NCBI GenBank assembly: GCA_049423385.1
Contig: JBMSQQ010000014.1
Span: forward strand, 1 to 48,388
Length of the DNA stretch: 48,388 nucleotides
Direction: 5' to 3'
Source: Silvanigrellaceae bacterium
GTDB taxonomy: Bacteria > Bdellovibrionota_B > Oligoflexia > Silvanigrellales > Silvanigrellaceae
Part shown: piece after piece, positions 38,262-47,152 of the stretch
Layout of the letters: each line of letters starts with the position of its first letter
How positions within the stretch are numbered: the stretch's first letter is position 1
The notes under the pieces: generated by a model
The model's input: only the letters and a program-made list of their open reading frames with translations
Database searches by the model: none
Told to the model about the DNA's origin: nothing
Made by a program: the position numbers and the translations under genes

Positions 38262-39350
38262 ATGATGACAAGAACATCAAAAAATGGGGCCATGCAATCG
38301 TCGGCAAAAAGCAGCTCGCTGCTTTTGGGCCTCGCGTTGACCGTTTCAATTTGCCAATCGTCATTGCTCTGCCAGACAGGTGCGTTGAGCGGATTCGGTT
38401 GGGCGCTCCTCGCAAGCCTCTCGGGTTGCTTTTACGCGACCATCAGTCAATGGAACGAATTGATTCAAACCCTGACACCCGAGCAGGCGACTTGGAAACG
38501 CGCCATCTTGGCAGGATTCTTTCTCGCATTGGGACTCTTCCTCTTCGGCCATGCAATGACTGCCAAGCAATGGACCCCTATTGTCATTCTTTCCATCTGC
38601 TTCATTCCCTGGAGCCGCTCGGTCTGGCGCAAGCTGTTTGTCGGGGACACCTTCCTCGAAACCACCGAGAGGGTGAGTGGGATCGTCACAATGATTGCAG
38701 CGGGAATCTATCTTTACCCTGAAATCGCAGCATTGCTGGTCAGCATTCGTCCAAACGAAGCGGACAATCTTTTCACGATTCCCTGGGAGCAAATTCAAGG
38801 CGCACAACTGCCCCGTTTCGAGGCATTCCTGTCTGCGATACTCTTCGGGGCTGCTTCAAGCCTGCAACGCCCGCAGGACAGGGCAATTTCGAGTCGGACC
38901 TTCTGGACGATTCCAACAGCGATATCTGCCATCCTCATGAGCACCTCAGGATGGATCGCCCTACACGTGGCGGGTTCGCGGGATGTCATCGTCGGCGAGT
39001 TCCAGAATCTACCTGTGCACAAACTTCTGGCCATCATTCCTGCGATGGTCTCTGGCGCCGTTCTCCTGGCACTCAGACCTCAGCTTCATATCCGCAACTC
39101 GCTTCGCATCGGCAGACAGGCCACCCATTGGTGGCAGGCCCTGGGTTCGTTCACAGGTATCGTGATTTCGTTGGCTCTGCTGAACGAAAGCGTGATCAGC
39201 GGAATCGACTTTATCGCATTCACAAGCCTGATGCTGGGCCAATACATTGGTTTGCGTCAACGGCCCACGAACGTGCAATTTGCGCCGCCGCTTGCATCCG
39301 TGCCAATGTTGGAAGCTGAGAAATCGCTTCTCAGTAGCCAAAACAGCTGA
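38262..39350 (+). CDS. Polytopic membrane protein, possibly DMT/EamA-like
   Basis: About 10 hydrophobic segments in two halves; no diagnostic motif. Confidence 0.5.
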   Translation: MMTRTSKNGAMQSSAKSSSLLLGLALTVSICQSSLLCQTGALSGFGWALLASLSGCFYATISQWNELIQTLTPEQATWKRAILAGFFLALGLFLFGHAMTAKQWTPIVILSICFIPWSRSVWRKLFVGDTFLETTERVSGIVTMIAAGIYLYPEIAALLVSIRPNEADNLFTIPWEQIQGAQLPRFEAFLSAILFGAASSLQRPQDRAISSRTFWTIPTAISAILMSTSGWIALHVAGSRDVIVGEFQNLPVHKLLAIIPAMVSGAVLLALRPQLHIRNSLRIGRQATHWWQALGSFTGIVISLALLNESVISGIDFIAFTSLMLGQYIGLRQRPTNVQFAPPLASVPMLEAEKSLLSSQNS

Positions 39351-39368
39351 CAGACGGGTTTGCACATC

Positions 39369-39911
39369 ATGAAATTTTCGGTCCGCTCGGCATGCCTCTT
39401 CTGCGGAGCTCAGCAGGGAAATGAGACTTTCTACCGCGAAGTCGCCTTTGAGGTTGGTAAAATTCTAGGGCAAAAACAGATTCGGCTTGTTTATGGCGGA
39501 AGCAAGGATGGCCTCATGGGCGCCGCTGCCAATGGCACTCTTGCGGCCGGTGGAGAAGTCCTGGGGGTTCTGCCGGAAAAACTGGCCAACAGGGAGCTGG
39601 CCCATCCTTCCATTCAGAAAATGGTCAAAGTCGACACGATGGCGCGACGCAAGGACGTTTTGATGTCCGAATCCGACATCTTTGTCGTGCTCCCGGGCGG
39701 ACTCGGCACGTTGGATGAACTCTTTGAGGTGCTGACCGCAAACACGCTCGGATTCACAAACAAACCAGTCGTTGTGCTGAATATCAACAACTATTACACC
39801 GGCCTTATCGAGTGGCTCGAACAAATTGCGGCAACCGGACTCAGCAAGAGCCCCTCCGAATTGTTCACCGTGGTTTCGGACGTTCCATCATTGGCCGGCC
39901 TGTTGGCATAG
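39369..39911 (+). CDS. LOG-family nucleotide phosphoribohydrolase (TIGR00730)
   Basis: LVYGG, GLMG, MARRK and PGGLGTLDE motifs. Confidence 0.92.
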   Translation: MKFSVRSACLFCGAQQGNETFYREVAFEVGKILGQKQIRLVYGGSKDGLMGAAANGTLAAGGEVLGVLPEKLANRELAHPSIQKMVKVDTMARRKDVLMSESDIFVVLPGGLGTLDELFEVLTANTLGFTNKPVVVLNINNYYTGLIEWLEQIAATGLSKSPSELFTVVSDVPSLAGLLA

Positions 39912-39990
39912 AAGTTTTATCCTGGGCTTGCAGCTGTCGAACATCTCAGGCAAGTTTGCACCAAGACTTGCAAATTGCCCGGAGCCCAAA

Positions 39991-40737
39991 ATGGTGAATT
40001 CTGCCGACACATGGATGCCAATTCGAAGTGCTGGCCTCTGCCAATCGGCAAGTGTTCTTCTTTCCATCACTGCCGTTGTGGCTGCGGGTTTGGTTCAAAT
40101 ATCAGCTTCAGCTGATGAAGCGGAAAAAAAATCAAATCCAAAAATTGCCGCGGAACTGAAACAACTTCAGTTGAAAGCGGGCAAGCATGAATCATTCAAA
40201 GTGAAATTCGATCAAACGGTTTTCAGCGCCCTGCGCAAAAAGACGACCCGCAGTGAAGGCGAATTGGTTTTTTCACTGCCGCGAAAATTCCGATGGGAAA
40301 TCAAATCTCCAAACCGTGAACTCTACGTCAACAATGGCGAATGGTTCTGGAAATACGTTGAAAACACGAAACATGCGGTACGCCTGCCTGCCAACTCGGG
40401 CGACCTTGAATTCCTCGACGTTATTTTCCAGCTAGACAAACTGTCCGGCAAATATCAACTCGAAAAGTTGAACAAGCTCTCGGACACCGAAGGCAAGCAA
40501 AACAGGAACTGTCCCGACGGCCACACCTGCGTGGGTCTTGAACCGGTGCAGAAAAGTCCGCAGTCAAAAGTTGAATTGGCAATCGACCAGTCCAATGGAT
40601 TCGTGAGTGTCGTCAGAATCGATTTCAGAAACGGCAACCGAACTCTCATCAATTTCAATTCGTTCAAGGGTGGCAAAGTCGCCACTGAATCATTTGAATT
40701 CACGCCGCCTCCGGGCACAGCAGTCGACAAGAGGTAG
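39991..40737 (+). CDS. lolA: Outer-membrane lipoprotein carrier protein LolA
   Basis: Signal peptide, FDQ, PRKFRWE, NGEWFWKY and FEFTPPPGTAV. Start ATG 39991 after GGAG (uncertain). Confidence 0.8.
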   Translation: MVNSADTWMPIRSAGLCQSASVLLSITAVVAAGLVQISASADEAEKKSNPKIAAELKQLQLKAGKHESFKVKFDQTVFSALRKKTTRSEGELVFSLPRKFRWEIKSPNRELYVNNGEWFWKYVENTKHAVRLPANSGDLEFLDVIFQLDKLSGKYQLEKLNKLSDTEGKQNRNCPDGHTCVGLEPVQKSPQSKVELAIDQSNGFVSVVRIDFRNGNRTLINFNSFKGGKVATESFEFTPPPGTAVDKR

Positions 40738-40745
40738 GCGCACCC

Positions 40746-42074
40746 ATGTTCTTCGCCGACAACCTTCAACAAATGAACTGGCGGGTCGTGCTGGACATCG
40801 TGTTGGTGTCTTTCATTTGCTACCAAATCATGAGCATGCTCAAAGGGACTCGGGCGGTTCAAGTCATCATTGGAATGATTGTCATCTTTGTTGCATATGC
40901 CTTGAGTGGCTTTCTGGAACTCAACACACTCAATTGGATCATTTCTAAATTCTATTCATCCATCATTGTCGTCGTGATTGTCCTTTTCCAGGATGACCTT
41001 CGCCGATTGCTGACACGGGTTGGCCGAGGTCCCTTCATCCAGGGAATGGACGAAGACATCGGTGTGCGAGCCATTGAAGAGGTCATCAACGCTGCTCGTA
41101 CCTTGAGCCACGAACGGGCAGGCGCAATCATTGTTTTTGAACGAGGAATTGGCCTCGATCGCCTTTATGATCACAGCGTCAAGCTCGATGCCCTTGTCAA
41201 CGAACAGCTCCTCCTGTCCATCTTCCAATCGTTTTCTCCTCTGCATGACGGTGCTGTCATTGTCCAAAAAGGACGCCTGACGTGCGCCTCGGCACAATTG
41301 CCTTTGTCCAAGAATCCAAGCTTCAGCAAAAAAATGGGAACACGCCACAGTGCTGCCGTGGGTATCGCGGAAGAGACTGACGCGGTGGTTTTGGTTGTAT
41401 CCGAGGAAACGGGCAATATTTCGGTTGCCTGGGACGGGCAACTCCAGCGCCAGCCAAACGCCGATACAACACGACGCTTGCTGTTGACTCTACTGATTCC
41501 GCAAACCCGCGAATCACAAGCCGGCATCATGAGTTCAGTGAACGTCTTCACGAGATTCTGGCGCAAGATTTTCAGCGCTCCAGCGCCTGCGCCTGTAGCA
41601 GATTCAGGACGTGCCGAATTCGCCACGGGTGCCCGAAGACCCGCGTGGGGAGACGCGAAATCAACCGAAACTTCGACACGAAGTGTCAGCAGACAAAATT
41701 TGCTCTCAGCCGTTGGGACAATTTCAACACCCGGTGATGAACCACAGCGTTGGTCCATGAGCTTGCGCTTGCCAAGGCACCAGACACAACGCAAATCCAC
41801 GACGGTGCCGGCTGTGGAAACTCCTCCGGAAAACATCATTGAAGAGGCAATGGACCCATTGTTTGATGACGGTTCGCCCGAAGAAGAGGTGTCCAGGAAC
41901 GATCACCGTTTTGTTCCCCCATCGCCGCCTGAACCACCTCCAAGGGATGTGACAGTCGGCGGAATTTCACTCAATCCGCCCATCGATCACAGCGAACCAC
42001 CATCAAAAAGCCAAATGCCTGCATCAACGGAATCCGAGGAAAACCGGGACAAAGACGAAGGGGAAAAGAAATGA
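40746..42074 (+). CDS. cdaA: Diadenylate cyclase CdaA (DacA) with long disordered C-terminal tail
   Basis: Three N-terminal TMs, LFQDDLRR, PLHDGA, GTRHSAA and VSEETG. Upstream of cdaR and glmM. Confidence 0.92.
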   Translation: MFFADNLQQMNWRVVLDIVLVSFICYQIMSMLKGTRAVQVIIGMIVIFVAYALSGFLELNTLNWIISKFYSSIIVVVIVLFQDDLRRLLTRVGRGPFIQGMDEDIGVRAIEEVINAARTLSHERAGAIIVFERGIGLDRLYDHSVKLDALVNEQLLLSIFQSFSPLHDGAVIVQKGRLTCASAQLPLSKNPSFSKKMGTRHSAAVGIAEETDAVVLVVSEETGNISVAWDGQLQRQPNADTTRRLLLTLLIPQTRESQAGIMSSVNVFTRFWRKIFSAPAPAPVADSGRAEFATGARRPAWGDAKSTETSTRSVSRQNLLSAVGTISTPGDEPQRWSMSLRLPRHQTQRKSTTVPAVETPPENIIEEAMDPLFDDGSPEEEVSRNDHRFVPPSPPEPPPRDVTVGGISLNPPIDHSEPPSKSQMPASTESEENRDKDEGEKK

Positions 42075-42763
42075 ATCCTCCAGTCTCGATTCTCAAGCGG
42101 GTCCTCAATTTCGTCGTGCACAATTTCGGCCTCAAACTGCTTTCACTTGGGTTTGCGGTTGCCCTGTTCTTGATCGTACGGAGCCAGCAGGTGCGTGAAT
42201 TCAACCGGGCCGTGCGGGTTCGTCTTCATACCGAAAATGGTGTCATCGTCATGGGGCCGCAAGAACGCGTTGCAAACATCACGCTCCGAATGCCGGACAC
42301 ACTATTCAGCCGCTTGCCAACAGACGAAGAGCTGACGGGCGAAGTGGATCTGCGGAGCGAGAATACGGGCAAGATTCGCGTGAGTTTGTCGGGGGAAAAT
42401 TTTCCGAACCTGGACAGGCGCTATTCTGTTATCGTGCACGAACCGTGGCTCGATATTGAACTCGACAGAATCATCCAGAAAAAAGTGCAGGTCAAAGTCG
42501 TTCTTCAAGGCGCACCTCGAGCCGGATTTGAAATTCACCGTGTGGCAATCGATCCGCCTGAAATCGAATTGGTGGGAGCCCGCCAGGATTTGGCAAAACT
42601 CGAGTCAATTTCCACGATCCCGGTCGACGTCTCCAATCTTGGCCCCAAGGACTACACTGCACAAGCCGGACTCGCTCTCGATCTGGGTGCTTCCATAAAG
42701 CCTTCCACCATCGACAAAGTGAATGTCAAAGTGAGTTTCGCCGAAAAACCGGCTGCACCTTGA
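42071..42763 (+). CDS. cdaR: CdaR/YbbR-like regulator
   Basis: NFGLKLLSLGFAVALF anchor and YbbR-type repeats (..PPEIELVG..). Sits between cdaA and glmM. Confidence 0.8.
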   Translation: MNPPVSILKRVLNFVVHNFGLKLLSLGFAVALFLIVRSQQVREFNRAVRVRLHTENGVIVMGPQERVANITLRMPDTLFSRLPTDEELTGEVDLRSENTGKIRVSLSGENFPNLDRRYSVIVHEPWLDIELDRIIQKKVQVKVVLQGAPRAGFEIHRVAIDPPEIELVGARQDLAKLESISTIPVDVSNLGPKDYTAQAGLALDLGASIKPSTIDKVNVKVSFAEKPAAP

Positions 42764-42804
42764 CTTGAAATCAAATAAAACCGTTTTCAGGGACTAAGCT
42801 AATC

Positions 42805-44166
42805 ATGGGCAAATATTTTGGAACAGATGGTATCCGCGGCGAAGCCAATGTTGGCGTGATGACCCCTTCCATGGTTCTGCGCGTTGGACAAGCTTTTGGA
42901 CTCGCATTGCGCGAGAAATCCGAAAGACCGCGCGTCATCATCGGCAAAGACACTCGCGTGAGTGGATACATGCTCGAGGGTATTCTCTCGGCAGGACTCT
43001 GCTCGGTGGGCGCCGATGTCCTTTTTGTCGGTCCCCTTCCAACGCCTGGAGTTGCCTATTTGACCAGAGGCATGCGGGCTTCTGCCGGAATCATGATTTC
43101 AGCAAGCCACAATCCGTTTCATGACAATGGAATCAAATTTTTCGACAAGAATGGATTCAAGCTTCCGGATGCTGATGAAGATTTCATCGAACGGATGATC
43201 GATGATCCACAACTGGAAAACCGCGTGGTCAATGCACAGAAAATTGGACGCGCAAAAAGAATCGACGATGCGATTGGTCAGTATGCAGTCTTCTTGAAGG
43301 AACGCTTTCCAAAAGCCCTCAAGCTGGATGGAATGCGGATTGTCGTCGACTGTGCGCACGGCGCTGGATACAGGGTCGGGCCAAAAGTTCTCCGTGAACT
43401 CGGAGCCGAAGTTTTTGAAATCAACAACGAACCCAATGGATTCAACATCAACCTTGAAGCCGGCGCACTGCATCCCGATCGCCTGCGGGAGGAAGTCCTC
43501 CGATACCGTGCGGATGTTGGACTTGCGTTGGACGGAGATGCCGACAGACTCGTTGTGGTCGACGAAAAAGGCAATATTCTCGATGGTGATCAAATCATCG
43601 CCATGTGTGCCCTCGAAATGCAGGCAACCAACCAGCTGGCAAACAACAGCGTCGTGGTGACTGTGATGAGCAACAAAGGGCTCGATGTTGCACTGACCAA
43701 GGCTGGAATTGAAGTCTTCCGCACCCCTGTCGGCGACCGATACGTTGTCGAGGAAATGCGGAAAAGAAACATCGTTTTGGGTGGCGAGCAAAGTGGCCAC
43801 CTGCTTTTCCTGGATTCGAGCACAACCGGAGACTCCATCATTGCCGGACTCAAGGTCCTGGAAATGATGTGCAGAAGAAATCGGCCACTTTCCATGCTTG
43901 CAGAGGTCATGCACAAGCTTCCGCAGATCACGCGCAACGTTAAAGTTCCCCGCAAGGTTCCGCTCGAACGCCTGCCTGAGTTCGCAGCCAGACTGTCGGA
44001 AATTGAAAAGGAATTGGGGAATGCAGGGAGAATTTTGTTCAGGTATAGTGGAACGGAGACCCTGGCACGCATCACGATTGAAGGCCCCGATTTGGTGATG
44101 ATTCGCACCTACGCCCAGGAACTCGAGCAGATTCTCAATCGGGAGATTGGCCAATCCCGCGAATAA
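42805..44166 (+). CDS. glmM: Phosphoglucosamine mutase
   Basis: YFGTDGIRG, ISASHNP, DGDADR, GGEQSGH and RYSGTE motifs. Confidence 0.96.
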   Translation: MGKYFGTDGIRGEANVGVMTPSMVLRVGQAFGLALREKSERPRVIIGKDTRVSGYMLEGILSAGLCSVGADVLFVGPLPTPGVAYLTRGMRASAGIMISASHNPFHDNGIKFFDKNGFKLPDADEDFIERMIDDPQLENRVVNAQKIGRAKRIDDAIGQYAVFLKERFPKALKLDGMRIVVDCAHGAGYRVGPKVLRELGAEVFEINNEPNGFNINLEAGALHPDRLREEVLRYRADVGLALDGDADRLVVVDEKGNILDGDQIIAMCALEMQATNQLANNSVVVTVMSNKGLDVALTKAGIEVFRTPVGDRYVVEEMRKRNIVLGGEQSGHLLFLDSSTTGDSIIAGLKVLEMMCRRNRPLSMLAEVMHKLPQITRNVKVPRKVPLERLPEFAARLSEIEKELGNAGRILFRYSGTETLARITIEGPDLVMIRTYAQELEQILNREIGQSRE

Positions 44167-44175
44167 GAGATTTAT

Positions 44176-45291
44176 ATGGAGCCGGCTTTCAAACCCAAGA
44201 GAAAACTTCTCGTCGATATGAAAGAATCCGTGTTGGGTGCATTGCCCGACTCAGGCGAATTGAGCCGAAAAGTCAGGCTTGGCTTCCTCAACACGATTGT
44301 CCGGCCAGCGCGCCGGCTTTCAAACTCCGATGCTGTGGGATTTGCCGAAAAGCATATTGACTTGACACTCGCGCGTGCATTCCGCGAGGCGCTTCAAAAA
44401 GCCGGCCTGAAATCCTGCGTGAGCGACAATCCATACGGACAATTGCATTACTACGACACCCATCCGGGTTCGACTGAACAACCGCTTGTCATGATTCATG
44501 GCATCGGCAGCAGTGGTCAGTGCTTCGCGCTGTTGGCACTGATGCTCAAAAACAAAAGGCGGGTTGTGCTGCCCGACTTGTTCCACTTTTCAGGTTTTAG
44601 CGATCCAAACAACCCGGTCATGACTCGCCGGGATCACACCCGCTCGTTGATTGAATTCATGGGTGGAATATCAGCCGCAGGAGCTGACGTTGTTGGGCTC
44701 AGCCTGGGAGGATGGCTGGCCATGTCTTTGGCCATTGAAGCGCCAAAACTGGTCAAGAGCCTCACTCTTTTGAACCCAAGCGGACTGGGTTTTCGCCCCT
44801 ACGCGCTTCGCGACACACTGGTTTATTTGAGCTGGAGCAAATTCCATAGCCTTTATCCTGGAATCATGAGTGCCTTCCCGTATTCAGGAGTGCCAATTTT
44901 AAGCTCGGTGCTCAAAAGAGGAGTTTATCGGGTACTGAAGGACGACAGTGTCAGGGACTTCGTCAAAACCGTCGGCTCGGAAGATTTTCTCGACAAGGAC
45001 CTCGCCAAGATCGCTTGCCCGACTCTTCTGATGTGGGGCATGCAGGACAAACTCTTGTCGCCGGAAACACCGTTGGCCCTTATCAGGGGAATTCCAAACT
45101 GCCAGGGCTACTGGGTGCGCGATGCCGCTCATATTTTGTGCCTTGAAGCCCCGCTGAATGTGTTCGATTGCCTTGTCAGGTTCCTTGACCTCGACAAAAT
45201 TGAAGACAACAATTTTGTATCCTTGGTGCGGAGCACGCATCGGCTCTATCCGATGCAGGCCATCAGCCAGCAGGAAAACGAAGACAATTGA
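44176..45291 (+). CDS. Alpha/beta hydrolase
   Basis: IHGIG, GLSLGG, WGMQD and AAH motifs. Confidence 0.85.
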   Translation: MEPAFKPKRKLLVDMKESVLGALPDSGELSRKVRLGFLNTIVRPARRLSNSDAVGFAEKHIDLTLARAFREALQKAGLKSCVSDNPYGQLHYYDTHPGSTEQPLVMIHGIGSSGQCFALLALMLKNKRRVVLPDLFHFSGFSDPNNPVMTRRDHTRSLIEFMGGISAAGADVVGLSLGGWLAMSLAIEAPKLVKSLTLLNPSGLGFRPYALRDTLVYLSWSKFHSLYPGIMSAFPYSGVPILSSVLKRGVYRVLKDDSVRDFVKTVGSEDFLDKDLAKIACPTLLMWGMQDKLLSPETPLALIRGIPNCQGYWVRDAAHILCLEAPLNVFDCLVRFLDLDKIEDNNFVSLVRSTHRLYPMQAISQQENEDN

Positions 45292-45300
45292 GGTGAGAGC

Positions 45301-46392
45301 ATGTCTGCGCAGGATTCGGCATTTACTCAATTCATGGAACATTTGTTTGCAGGGGCCAAGTTGCGTCGACAGGAGGTACGGACCTTCATGGATGCAATTC
45401 TGCTTTCCAATCTGTCCGACGTTCGCATTGCCTCTCTGCTCACGGCCATGCGCCTCACGCCCCTCTCACAGGAAATCGTTCTGGGAGCGCTGGAAAGTCT
45501 GACCCAAATGGGAATGAAGCCGCCCACGAGTCATCACGGCAAGGCACAAACCAAGACGACAACTTTGGAATTCAAGCGTCACAAAAACCTTGTCGACAAT
45601 TCCGGAACGGGTGGAGACGGATCAAACACCTTTAATATTTCGACGATGGCTGCAGTCGTGGCAGCTGCTTGCGGAGCCAAAATCGCAAAATTCGGCACCC
45701 GTTCGATTTCCAGCCGCTGCGGCAGCGCAGACGTTCTTGAAGCTCTTGGAATCAATCTGACCCGCAGTGTCGATGCCATGCAGACACAGGTCGATTCAAT
45801 GGGATTCAGTTATCTTTATGCCCCTGCATTGTTTCCCGCTCTGCAACACCTGGGTGTTGTGCGAAAGAGTCTAGGATTTCACACCATCTTCGATATTCTC
45901 GTCCCGCTTGCCAATCCCGCACCTTTGGCGGGCCAACTCGTTGGCGTTTACTCGCCTGATATTCAAATTCTCGTGGCGCGCTGTCTGCAGGATTTGGGAC
46001 GCGACCGTGCGATTGTCGTACACAGCGAAGATGGGCTCGACGAAATATCCGTTTGCGGACCCAGCAGAATCATTCAACTGGAAGATGGACAGCAAACCGC
46101 GGAGACCTGGACTCCCGGCGACTTCGGAATTCCCACATACAGAAAGGATGCACTGCGTGGAGCGGGCATTGAAGAAAACGCACAGTGCTTCGTGAATACC
46201 CTCAATGGCCATAATCCTGGTGCCGTGGAGGATGCCGTTGTCATCAACGCTGCGGCCACACTCTGGTGCGCGTCTGTTGTCAATTCAATCAAATCGGGAA
46301 TCGATGTTGCCCGTGAAGCGGTCCGCAACGGAAAAGCCTCTCATGCCCTCGACACCTGGCGAAAGAAATCACTTGAATCACCGAGTCATTGA
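45301..46392 (+). CDS. trpD: Anthranilate phosphoribosyltransferase family protein (divergent acceptor site)
   Basis: GTGGDGSNTFNIST, GSADVLE, NPA and DGLDEIS motifs. Confidence 0.85.
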   Translation: MSAQDSAFTQFMEHLFAGAKLRRQEVRTFMDAILLSNLSDVRIASLLTAMRLTPLSQEIVLGALESLTQMGMKPPTSHHGKAQTKTTTLEFKRHKNLVDNSGTGGDGSNTFNISTMAAVVAAACGAKIAKFGTRSISSRCGSADVLEALGINLTRSVDAMQTQVDSMGFSYLYAPALFPALQHLGVVRKSLGFHTIFDILVPLANPAPLAGQLVGVYSPDIQILVARCLQDLGRDRAIVVHSEDGLDEISVCGPSRIIQLEDGQQTAETWTPGDFGIPTYRKDALRGAGIEENAQCFVNTLNGHNPGAVEDAVVINAAATLWCASVVNSIKSGIDVAREAVRNGKASHALDTWRKKSLESPSH

Positions 46393-47152
46393 CACTCTCG
46401 TTGAACTCGAACGCAGCGCCGCCCGCGTCTGGTGGGAAAGCGAAGATCGCACGGCGTGGCGAGATGATCTCTTGCGCCGCCTGGACACTCATTCCACTCT
46501 GCAGTTCAAGGCATTTCTCAATCAGGCCTGTGGACGTCCCGAGATTTTCGCTTGGGACGACGACCTCTTGCAATGTTTTTCGCCTGCCACGCAAATCACG
46601 GAAACCAGAACATTTGATGACTTGATTTCAAAAATTCACATGCTCAAAAGTAATCAAGTGCTGGGTCTGATTCCAAGACCAGGATTCTGGCTGACCGAAT
46701 CGTGGCACGAAGAAGAAGACCTCTTGCGACAAGCACTGGCTGGAGCAAAGGAAAAACAGTCTCTGGTGGTGCGTTGCGGCTTTCTGACCCAACAGAGCGA
46801 TGTTCTCATGGCCGCAGACCTTGGTTTTTCAGGGGTCCAGATTCATGCGGATGGATTGGATCTCTTTGAATTGCAGCTTCTGATCGAGCTGGCCCGCGAC
46901 TGTCGAATCAGCCCAATTGTGTCGATTTCCAACAGGTCACAGGTTGAGACCGTTCTGCAAACGGATGCTCCACACATTGCCCTCTGCTGCCTCGCTGGAG
47001 AAAGCTACGAAGAGTCGATTCGATTTGTTCAGGAAGCGCTGCCAGGAATACCCGCGAACTGCACCAAAATACTCATCGCAAGCGCTTTTGAAGAGAGAGA
47101 AATTGCAAACCTTGGCCGACTGGGTTTCCAAAGTGTCATGACAATTCTTTAA
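46373..47152 (+). CDS. TrpC (indole-3-glycerol-phosphate synthase)-fold protein lacking catalytic residues
   Basis: Follows trpD. VVRCGFLT..DV..AADLGFSGVQIHADGLD..LQLLIELARD...PIVSI..QVETVL parallels the IGPS scaffold. Start (TTG 46373) is uncertain. Confidence 0.6.
   Translation: MNHRVIDTLVELERSAARVWWESEDRTAWRDDLLRRLDTHSTLQFKAFLNQACGRPEIFAWDDDLLQCFSPATQITETRTFDDLISKIHMLKSNQVLGLIPRPGFWLTESWHEEEDLLRQALAGAKEKQSLVVRCGFLTQQSDVLMAADLGFSGVQIHADGLDLFELQLLIELARDCRISPIVSISNRSQVETVLQTDAPHIALCCLAGESYEESIRFVQEALPGIPANCTKILIASAFEEREIANLGRLGFQSVMTIL

Noticed and set aside
39943..39976. Short inverted repeats upstream of lolA (TTTGCA-N8-TGCAAA)
   Set aside because: Only 6-bp arms with no second copy noticed, and the spacing does not fit sigma54; insufficient support.
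43099..44154. 351-aa antisense ORF
   Set aside because: Shadow of glmM on the opposite strand, with no recognisable motifs.
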